DNA of 64,000 nucleotides from positions 958-64,957 of the forward strand of contig JBKQNY010000007.1 of assembly GCA_052145775.1 (NCBI GenBank), given 5' to 3'. Source of the stretch: Acidimicrobiales bacterium. GTDB lineage: Bacteria; Actinomycetota; Acidimicrobiia; Acidimicrobiales; RAAP-2. Within the stretch, counting starts at the first letter, position 1; each line of letters starts with the position of its first letter. This document shows positions 1 through 9,710 of the stretch, piece after piece. A program made the position numbers and the translations under genes. The notes beneath the pieces were generated by a model, which did no database searches, was not told where the DNA came from, and saw only the letters and a list, made by a program, of their open reading frames with translations.

Positions 1-1414
1 CCAGCAGGGCCGGGCACTTGGCCGCGAAGTGGTCGGCGGCCAGCAGCTTGGAGGCCCCGGCGCAGTCGAGGCCGAGACCGACGAGCGGCGGGACCCGAAC
101 GATCGGCGGTCCCGCCGACGCCACCACCGCCACCGTCGTCCCCTGCTTGGCCACCACGCCGTGGCCGGGCCGCTGCCCCACCACCGCGCCGGCCGGCACC
201 GAGGTGGAGCGGACCGTGCCCGAGACCGAGAGTGAGAAGTGGTCGGCCGCCACCGTCCGGCGCGCCTCGGCCAGGGAGAGCCCGGCAAGCGACGGCACCG
301 GGTGGCTCGGGGTGAAGAGCTTGGCCCTCGACGCCGCGACGATCCCTCCCGCCACCAGCGCGGCCACCACCACCAGGGCGGCCACCACCCACGGCCAGCG
401 CGAACGCCGCCGGCGCACCGTCGGCGGCGCCGAGCGGCCCCGCTCGGGTGGGCCGTCGAGGGCGTCGATGTCGAAGACCTCCCCGGCGCCCGCGGCACCG
501 GCGGCCGGGGTCTGCATCGTGAGGTCGTTCGGCACGGCCGCTCGCGGCTCGGCCGCCGAGGTCCCCAGCAAAGGGAGCGTCTCGGGGGCCGGCAGGGCCG
601 CGGCCACCGCCTCGAGGCGCGCCGCCAGCAGGGCCGCGTCGATCCGGTCGGCCCGCACCGGCGCGGCCGCCCGGGCCAGTACGTCGTCGAGCGGGCCGAG
701 GGCAGGATGGTGGGGCAGGGGGGCCCCGACCCGGGCCGCCAGGGTCGCCATCGTGGTGTCGGCCACGAAGGGGACCTCCCCGGTGAGCGACTCGTAGAGC
801 ACGAGGGACAGCGAGTAGACGTCCGAGCGGCCGTCGACGCTCTCGCCCTGGGCCTGCTCGGGCGAGGCGTAGCGGGCGGTGCCGATCATGGCGCCGTCCG
901 GCTCGGTCCAGGCCGCTTCGGCCAGGGCCCTGGCCACCCCGAAGTCGGCGATGCGCACCCGCCCCTCCTCGTCCAAGAGCAGGTTGGCCGGCTTCACATC
1001 CCGGTGGACGAGCCCCCGGGCGTGGGCGTAGGCGAGCCCCTCGGCCGCCTCGGACCCCAGCCGCGCCGCCTGGGCGTGGGTGAGCCGGAAGCCGCCGTCG
1101 AGCACGTCGCGCAGGCTGCCACCCTGGAGGTACTCGAGCACGAGGAACGGCCCGTCGCCGTCCTCGCCCCAGTCGAAGACCCGCAGGACGTGGGGGTGGT
1201 TCAGCGAGGCCACCGACCGGGCCTCGGCCTCGAAGCGCTTCAGGAACGACTCGTCCTTGGCCAGCCCGGGCTGGAGCACCTTGACGGCGACCCGGCGGCG
1301 CAGGGTCACGTCCTCGGCGAGGAACACGTGCGCCGACGCACCGGCACCGAGCGGGGCGACCAGCCGGTACCGGCCGCCGAGGACGCGCCCGATGGAATCG
1401 GAGATCACAGGCAT
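1..1414 (-). CDS. Ser/Thr protein kinase with extracellular PASTA repeats (PknB-like); C-terminal end lies beyond the window start
   Basis: Not in the supplied ORF track (no stop inside window). My translation of the minus strand from ATG (cat at 1412-1414) gives MPVISDSIGRVLGGRYRLVAPLGAGASAHVFLAEDVTLRRRVAVKVL. It continues with catalytic loop HRDVKPANLLL, DFGVAR, GTARYASPEQ, a TM helix WPWVVAALVVVAALVAGGIVAA and PASTA-like VPSLAGLSLAEARRTVAADHFSLSVSG. Confidence 0.85.
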   Translation of the reverse strand, partial: MPVISDSIGRVLGGRYRLVAPLGAGASAHVFLAEDVTLRRRVAVKVLQPGLAKDESFLKRFEAEARSVASLNHPHVLRVFDWGEDGDGPFLVLEYLQGGSLRDVLDGGFRLTHAQAARLGSEAAEGLAYAHARGLVHRDVKPANLLLDEEGRVRIADFGVARALAEAAWTEPDGAMIGTARYASPEQAQGESVDGRSDVYSLSLVLYESLTGEVPFVADTTMATLAARVGAPLPHHPALGPLDDVLARAAAPVRADRIDAALLAARLEAVAAALPAPETLPLLGTSAAEPRAAVPNDLTMQTPAAGAAGAGEVFDIDALDGPPERGRSAPPTVRRRRSRWPWVVAALVVVAALVAGGIVAASRAKLFTPSHPVPSLAGLSLAEARRTVAADHFSLSVSGTVRSTSVPAGAVVGQRPGHGVVAKQGTTVAVVASAGPPIVRVPPLVGLGLDCAGASKLLAADHFAAKCPALL

Positions 1415-1462
1415 GGCAGCTTTCTCAGGCTAGCGAGCCGCACCCCCCGAACGGTGGACGGC

Positions 1463-4736
<3,274 letters not shown>

Positions 4737-4738
4737 GA

Positions 4739-4769
4739 TCGGATTCTGTCAGGTCGCGGTGACGGTCAA
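4739..4769 (-). promoter_or_regulatory. Putative mnmA promoter: -35 TTGACC (4764-4769, containing the desulfurase stop codon), 15-nt spacer, TGACAGAAT (-10 at 4743-4748), 6 nt, ATG (leaderless)
   Basis: The reverse complement reads cgTTGACCgtcaccgcgaccTGACAGAATccgatcATG. The 13-mer TGACAGAATCCGA is identical to 38927-38939. Confidence 0.5.
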
Positions 4770-5980
4770 CGGCCCGGAGGCGCGCCGTCGCGTAGGCGCG
4801 CCACGGCCCGCGGGACCACCGACAGCGCCCGATCGACGTCGGCGTCGCTGGTGGTGCGGCCGAGGGTCAACCGCAGGGCGCCGCGCGCCTCGGAAGGCCC
4901 GACCCCCATGGCCGCCAGCACGTGGCTGGGTTCGAGCGCGCCGCTGGCGCACGCCGAGCCGGCCGAGGCGCAGACGCCCGCGTCGTCGAGGAGGACGAGG
5001 AGCTCCTCGCGCTCGATGCCCCCGATGCACAGGTGGCAGTGTCCCGGGAGGACCCCGCAGCGCGCCGCGCTCTCCGTTGCGCTCGGGACGGCGGCCAGGA
5101 GACCGTCGGCCAGGCGGTCACGGAGCGCCCGGACCCGTGCGCCCTCGGTCGCCCGGTCCGACGCCGCCGCAGCCAGGGCGGTGGCCAGGCCGACCGCCCC
5201 GGCCACGTCGTGGGTGCCGCTCCGGCGCTCCTGCTCCTGCCCGCCGCCGTGGATGATCGGCTCCACCCGGGTGCCACCACGGACCACGAGGGCACCGGCA
5301 CCCTTGGGTCCCCCGAGCTTGTGGGCGCTCACCGAGACGAGGTCGCAGCGCGACGCCAGCTCGGCCACGTCCAGCCAGGCCGCCGCCTGCACGGCGTCGG
5401 TGTGCACCACCGCCTGGGGGGCGCGGCGGCGCACGGCCTCGACGACGGCGCCGATCGGCTGGACCGTTCCCACCTCGTTGTTGGCCAGCATCACCGACAC
5501 CACCGCCGTGTCGGCCGTGAGCAGCTCCTCGAGGCCCGCCACCTCGACCGCCCCCGAGCCGTCGACCGGCGCCAGCTCCAAGCTCACCGCCCCGCGAGCC
5601 GCACGGCGCACCGCCGCCCGGGCCGGGGCGAGGACGGCCGCGTGCTCGACGGCCGAGCACACCACCGAGGTCGTGGTCCGGTCGTCGGCCACCGCCGCCA
5701 GCGGACCCAGGATGGCCAGGTTGTCGGCCTCGGTCCCCCCGGACGTGAAGACGACCTCGGAGGGGTGCGCACCGAGCACCGAGGCCACCTGTTCGCGCGC
5801 CTCCTCCAGGGCCGCCCGGGCGTCGCGGGCCGCACGGTGCGCTCCCGACGGGTTGGCGAAGCGCGCCCCGAAGAACGGGGCCATGGCCTCGAGGACCTCG
5901 GGCCGCAGTGGAGAGGTCGAGGCGTGGTCGAGGTAGGTGAGCGGGGGGCCGGCCGGTGCCGCGTCGCTCACGCCACCCAT
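4766..5980 (-). CDS. Cysteine desulfurase (IscS/NifS-like, class V aminotransferase)
   Basis: Last 404 codons of tracked ORF 4766..7339. PLTYLDHASTSP, TSGGTEADN, PLP-lysine motif SVSAHKLGGPKG, active-site loop ASAGSACASG. ATG at 5980; alternative GTG at 5971 forms GTGA with the stop of the upstream ALDH. Confidence 0.9.
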   Translation of the reverse strand: MGGVSDAAPAGPPLTYLDHASTSPLRPEVLEAMAPFFGARFANPSGAHRAARDARAALEEAREQVASVLGAHPSEVVFTSGGTEADNLAILGPLAAVADDRTTTSVVCSAVEHAAVLAPARAAVRRAARGAVSLELAPVDGSGAVEVAGLEELLTADTAVVSVMLANNEVGTVQPIGAVVEAVRRRAPQAVVHTDAVQAAAWLDVAELASRCDLVSVSAHKLGGPKGAGALVVRGGTRVEPIIHGGGQEQERRSGTHDVAGAVGLATALAAAASDRATEGARVRALRDRLADGLLAAVPSATESAARCGVLPGHCHLCIGGIEREELLVLLDDAGVCASAGSACASGALEPSHVLAAMGVGPSEARGALRLTLGRTTSDADVDRALSVVPRAVARLRDGAPPGR

Positions 5981-7332
5981 ACCGCCTTGGCGTTGCAGAA
6001 CTCCTTCATCCCCAGGCCTGAGAGCTCGCGCCCGTAGCCGGACCGCTTGATGCCGCCGAAGGGCATCTCGGGGCTGGAGGCCACCATGGCGTTCACGAAC
6101 ACCTGGCCGGCCTCCACCTCGGCGATGCAGCGCCGCTGGACCTGCGGGTCGCCCGCCCAGATGCTGGCCCCCAGCCCGTAGGCGGTGCGGTTGGCCAGGT
6201 CGATGGCGTGGTCGAGGTTCTCGGCCCGCTCCACGACGGCGACGGGACCGAAGACCTCCTCCTCGTAGACGCGCATCTCGGGCGTGACACCGCACAGGAC
6301 GGTCGGGGGGTAGAACCAGCCCGGTCCGGGCGGGATCTCGCCGCCGCACGCCACCAGGGCGCCCCTCTGCCGGGCGTCGTCCACCTGGGAGGCAACCTCG
6401 GACCGCTGGTCCTCGGAGACGAGGGGACCCACGTCGGTGGCGGGGTCGAAGGGGTCGCCCACCGTGAGCCCGGCCATCTCGGCGACGAACCTCTCGGTGA
6501 ACTCCTCGTAGAGGGCGTCCTCGACGACGAAGCGCTTGGCGGCGATGCAGGACTGCCCGTTGTTCTGGCAGCGGGCCCGGGCGGCCATTAGCGCCGCCTG
6601 GTCCAGGTCGGCCGAGGCCAGCACCAAGAACGGGTCGGAGCCGCCCAGCTCGAGCACGCACTTCTTCAGGACCTGGCCGGCGGCGGCGGCCACGGCCTGT
6701 CCCGCCCGTTCGCTGCCGGTGAGCGTGACGGCCACCACCCGGTGGTCGGCGATGACCGATGCCACCTCGCCTGCGCCGATCATGAGGGTGGTGAAGGCCC
6801 CCTCGGGGAAGCCGGCCCGCCGGAAGAGGTCCTCGAGGAACAGTGCCGACTGGGGCACGTTCGAGGCGTGCTTGAGCAGGCCGACGTTGCCGGCCATGAG
6901 GGCCGGGGCGGCGAAGCGGACAACCTGCCAGAGGGGGAAGTTCCAGGGCATCACGGCCAGCACCGACCCGAGCGGCTCGTAGCGCACCACGCTGCGCGAG
7001 GCCGACGTCTCGATCACCTCGTCGGCCAGCAGCTCCTCGCCGTGCTCGGCGTACCAGCGCATGGCCAGGGCGCACTTGGCCACTTCGCCGCGCGCCGAGC
7101 CGAACGTCTTGCCCATCTCGGTGGTGAGCACCCGTGCCACCTCGGGCAGCTCCCCTTCGAGCAGCTCGGCGGCCGTCGTCAGCAGACGGGCCCGGTCCGA
7201 GAAGGAGGTCCGCCGGTAGTCGGCGAAGGTGGCGGCCGCCCGGGCCACTCGTGCCTCCACCTCGGCGGGCGAGTGGTCGTCGAAGCGCTGCTCCAGCTTC
7301 CCGGTGGTCGGGTTGACGGTAGCGAACGGCAT
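5968..7332 (-). CDS. NAD(P)-dependent aldehyde dehydrogenase (succinate-semialdehyde dehydrogenase-like)
   Basis: 454-aa ORF. MPFATVNPTTGKLEQRF, LELGGSDPF, catalytic Cys NNGQSCIAAKR, PFGGIKRSGYGRE. Confidence 0.9.
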   Translation of the reverse strand: MPFATVNPTTGKLEQRFDDHSPAEVEARVARAAATFADYRRTSFSDRARLLTTAAELLEGELPEVARVLTTEMGKTFGSARGEVAKCALAMRWYAEHGEELLADEVIETSASRSVVRYEPLGSVLAVMPWNFPLWQVVRFAAPALMAGNVGLLKHASNVPQSALFLEDLFRRAGFPEGAFTTLMIGAGEVASVIADHRVVAVTLTGSERAGQAVAAAAGQVLKKCVLELGGSDPFLVLASADLDQAALMAARARCQNNGQSCIAAKRFVVEDALYEEFTERFVAEMAGLTVGDPFDPATDVGPLVSEDQRSEVASQVDDARQRGALVACGGEIPPGPGWFYPPTVLCGVTPEMRVYEEEVFGPVAVVERAENLDHAIDLANRTAYGLGASIWAGDPQVQRRCIAEVEAGQVFVNAMVASSPEMPFGGIKRSGYGRELSGLGMKEFCNAKAVWVA

Positions 7333-7393
7333 CGCTCAAGTCTTACCAGGACCCCGTGCAGGCGGCCGCGGCGGGCGGTGCCAAGCTGTCGGC

Positions 7394-8197
7394 GTGGCCG
7401 CCGCCCCTGCCCCGCATCGCGACCCGGCGAGCGCCGCCGCGTCGGCGCTCGTCTCCAAGGCGCGCCGGGTGGTGGTGCTGACCGGGGCGGGCATCTCGAC
7501 GGACTCGGGCATCCCGGACTTCCGCGGCCCGAACGGGCTGTGGACCAAGGACCCCGGGGCCGAGCGGCTCTCGACCCTCGACGCCTACGTGTCCGACCCC
7601 GACGTGCGGCGGCGGTCGTGGCGGAGCCGCCTCGACTCGCCGACCTGGACGGCTCGACCCAACCCCGGCCACCTGGCCCTGGTCGACCTCGAACGGCAGG
7701 GTCGGCTCGACACGCTGGTGACCCAGAACATCGACGGCCTTCACCAGGTCGCCGGCAACGACCCCGACCTGGTCGTGGAGATCCACGGGACGATGCGCGA
7801 GGTGGTCTGCCTGCGCTGCGGGGACCGCAACCAGGCCGACGAGGCGCTCGGACGGGTGCGAGCCGGCGAGGAGGACCCCCGCTGCCTCGCCGCGGCGCCC
7901 GAGAGTGGTCACTGCGGGGGCATCCTCAAGTCGGCCACCATCAGCTTCGGACAGAGCCTGGTGGCCGCCGATCTCGAGCGGTCCGAGGAGGCGGCGCTCC
8001 GCTGCGACCTGCTCCTGGCGGTGGGCACGAGCCTCGGCGTCTACCCGGCGGCCGGGCTGGTGCCGGCGGCGGCCTCGGCCGGTGCCGCCGTGGTCATCGT
8101 GAACGGCGAGCCCACCCCCTACGACGGCCTGGCCGACGCCGTGGTCAGCGAGCCGATCAGCGGAGCCCTGCCGGCCATCGTGGCCGGCGGCCGCTGA
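7394..8197 (+). CDS. NAD-dependent protein deacylase, Sir2/CobB family
   Basis: Tracked ORF 7229..8197. VVVLTGAGISTDSGIPDFRGPNGLW, VTQNIDGLHQVAG, IHGTMREVVCLRCG plus a second Cys pair (Zn module). The tracked ATG would overlap the divergent ALDH by about 100 nt, so the first in-frame GTG after it (7394) is used; the start is uncertain. Confidence 0.85.
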   Translation: MAAAPAPHRDPASAAASALVSKARRVVVLTGAGISTDSGIPDFRGPNGLWTKDPGAERLSTLDAYVSDPDVRRRSWRSRLDSPTWTARPNPGHLALVDLERQGRLDTLVTQNIDGLHQVAGNDPDLVVEIHGTMREVVCLRCGDRNQADEALGRVRAGEEDPRCLAAAPESGHCGGILKSATISFGQSLVAADLERSEEAALRCDLLLAVGTSLGVYPAAGLVPAAASAGAAVVIVNGEPTPYDGLADAVVSEPISGALPAIVAGGR

Positions 8198-8218
8198 ACG
8201 GCGGGCGCTCCCCGCCTC

Positions 8219-8350
8219 TTAGGACGAGCCCTCCCGGCGGGCCTTGCGCCGTGGTTTGAGGGCGAACCACCAGATGCTGGCCATGGTGCCCAGGATCCCC
8301 ACGGTCGCCGCCACCGGCTTGACCACCTTGTGTGCCCGCCCGTTCGCCAT
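8219..8350 (-). CDS. Hypothetical 43-aa single-TM protein (below the ORF-track size cut-off)
   Basis: My translation: MANGRAHKVVKPVAATVGILGTMASIWWFALKPRRKARREGSS. One hydrophobic helix with a basic tail, and third codon positions almost all G/C like real genes here. No convincing SD. Confidence 0.3.
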   Translation of the reverse strand: MANGRAHKVVKPVAATVGILGTMASIWWFALKPRRKARREGSS

Positions 8351-8414
8351 GGCGTGACACTACCGTGCCCGGGCCCGGGGGGACGGGCCGGTATACCTCG
8401 GCCCGGACGCGGCC

Positions 8415-8449
8415 CCGCCCACGCGCCCGGCCACCGGGTGCGTGGGCGG
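8415..8449 (-). terminator. GC-rich 16-bp stem / 3-nt loop hairpin 29 nt downstream of the yceI stop (factor-independent terminator candidate, no U-tract)
   Basis: ccgcccacgcgcccgg-cca-ccgggtgcgtgggcgg read directly. One G-T (plus strand) or C-A (minus strand) mismatch in 16 pairs. Confidence 0.55.
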
Positions 8450-8478
8450 GAAGGGGGAACTCCTCGTCCCGGACGCCC

Positions 8479-9042
8479 CTACTGCAGGGCGGCCTCGACC
8501 TCGAGCTCGATCCTCACCTTGTTGCCCACCACGACGTTGCCGCCCTGGAGCACCCCGTTGAAGGAGACCCCGAAGTCCCGGCGGTCGATGTCGGTGGAGG
8601 CGGACAGCCCCAGGACCTCGGTTCCGGGCTGCAGGCCCGGGCCGGCGCCGTGGAACTCGACGTCGAAGACGACCGGGCGGGTCACGCCTCGGACGGTGAG
8701 GTCGGCGGCCAGCTTCCACTCGCTGTCCGACGTCCTCGTGAGGCCGGTGCTCTTGAGCGTCAGCGTGGGGTGGTTGGGGACGTCGAGGAAGTCGTTGGTC
8801 CGCAGGTGCTCGTCGCGCATCTCCACGCTGGTGTCGATGCTGGCCGCCTGCACCACCGCCTCGACGCTCGAGTCCTCGATCGGCTCGGCGACGACGATGG
8901 TGCCGTCGAAGTCGGTGAACCGCCCGCGGACCTTGGTCCCGATCAGGTGGCGGGCCACGAAGCCGACCTCGGTGTGGGCCTTGTCGACGGCGTAGGTGCC
9001 GGGGGTGGGGAGGGTGACTCCCTGGGTGGTGGTGACGGTCAT
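8479..9042 (-). CDS. YceI-family (polyisoprenoid-binding) protein
   Basis: Last 187 codons of tracked ORF 8479..9432. MTVTTTQGVTLPTPGTYAVDKAHTEVGFVARHLIGTKVRGRFTDFDGTI and LSASTDIDRRDFGV. GAGGAG lies 6 nt before the ATG at 9042. Confidence 0.9.
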   Translation of the reverse strand: MTVTTTQGVTLPTPGTYAVDKAHTEVGFVARHLIGTKVRGRFTDFDGTIVVAEPIEDSSVEAVVQAASIDTSVEMRDEHLRTNDFLDVPNHPTLTLKSTGLTRTSDSEWKLAADLTVRGVTRPVVFDVEFHGAGPGLQPGTEVLGLSASTDIDRRDFGVSFNGVLQGGNVVVGNKVRIELEVEAALQ

Positions 9043-9113
9043 GGCTGGCTCCTCTATCTCTCGGTGTCTGTCGGTGGGGATCTGGGCGCACCGCTGTGTG
9101 CCTTCCTTGATTA

Positions 9114-9131
9114 TATCTGTATCTACAGATA
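9114..9131. promoter_or_regulatory. Perfect 18-bp A/T-rich palindrome TATCTGTA-TC-TACAGATA, candidate MarR operator
   Basis: Read directly in the yceI-marR divergent intergenic region. The 8-bp arms are exact reverse complements. It stands out as A/T-rich in a GC-rich genome. Confidence 0.6.
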
Positions 9132-9142
9132 CTTGCAACACA

Positions 9143-9152
9143 GATTCTGTCA
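9143..9152 (-). promoter_or_regulatory. Extended -10-like element TGACAGAATC oriented toward yceI (overlaps the 11-bp palindrome ACAGA-T-TCTGT at 9140-9150)
   Basis: The reverse complement of 9143-9152 is tgacagaatc. The identical 10-mer occurs upstream of mnmA and lrp. Fits TGn + (C)AGAAT with the conserved A(-11)/T(-7). Confidence 0.45.
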
Positions 9153-9175
9153 TCTCATACGAAAGCCACCCCCGC

Positions 9176-9184
9176 TGGTATGCT
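9176..9184 (+). promoter_or_regulatory. Extended -10 TGGTATGCT ending 6 nt before the marR GTG (predicts a leaderless marR mRNA)
   Basis: tgg tat gct gta ccc GTG read directly. TATGCT fits the actinobacterial TANNNT. The spacing to the start codon equals that at mnmA. Confidence 0.45.
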
Positions 9185-9190
9185 GTACCC

Positions 9191-9676
9191 GTGACGACGG
9201 ACGCCGACGCGGCCCTGAGGGAACTGGTCGACGACGAGCGGCTCACCCTGATGGGGCTGCTCATCGAGGCGCACGCCCGCCTCACCCGGACGCTCGGGGC
9301 CGAGCTCGAGGCCTGCTGCGGCCTCCCCCTCACCTGGTACGACGTGCTCATCCGGCTGGGCCGGTCCCCCGAGGGCCACCTGACCATGAGCCGGCTGGCC
9401 GCCGAGGTCTCGCTCACCTCGGGGGGGATCACCCGTCTGGTGGACCGGATCGCCGAGGCCGGCTACGTCGAACGCTCCAGCTGCCCCACCGACCGGCGGG
9501 CCATCCACGTCCGGCTCACCCCGGAGGGGTGCGAGGTGCTCGGCCGGGCGACGGTCGAGCACCTCGACGGCCTCGGGCGCCACCTGATGGCCCCGCTCGA
9601 CCCCGCCGACCAGGAAGCCCTCGAGACCGCCCTCCGCAAGCTGCGGGGCGACGGGCCGGTCTGCGGGGCGGGCTAG
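9191..9676 (+). CDS. MarR-family transcriptional regulator
   Basis: Tracked ORF 8996..9676. Winged HTH LTMSRLAAEVSLTSGGITRLVDRIAEAGYVERSSCPTDRRAIHVRLTPEG. GTG at 9191 (residue 66 of the tracked ORF) gives a typical 161 aa. It is divergent from yceI. Confidence 0.9.
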   Translation: MTTDADAALRELVDDERLTLMGLLIEAHARLTRTLGAELEACCGLPLTWYDVLIRLGRSPEGHLTMSRLAAEVSLTSGGITRLVDRIAEAGYVERSSCPTDRRAIHVRLTPEGCEVLGRATVEHLDGLGRHLMAPLDPADQEALETALRKLRGDGPVCGAG

Positions 9677-9678
9677 AC

Positions 9679-9693
9679 CCGGCGACCCGCCGG
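9679..9693. terminator. Short hairpin CCGGCG-acc-CGCCGG between the convergent marR and ileS stops
   Basis: Read directly in the 34-nt gap. The stem is only 6 bp. Confidence 0.3.
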
Positions 9694-9710
9694 CCGGGGA
9701 CCCCCGACCC

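Noticed and set aside
7394-8197. Sir2-domain gene as a possible anti-phage NADase system (Thoeris ThsA / DSR / SIR2-HerA type)
   Set aside because: The protein is a short canonical sirtuin (GAGISTDSGIPDFRG, TQNIDGLH, HG, Cys4 zinc module). It has no SLOG/TIR/HerA/helicase partner or extra domains. Its neighbours are housekeeping and stress genes.
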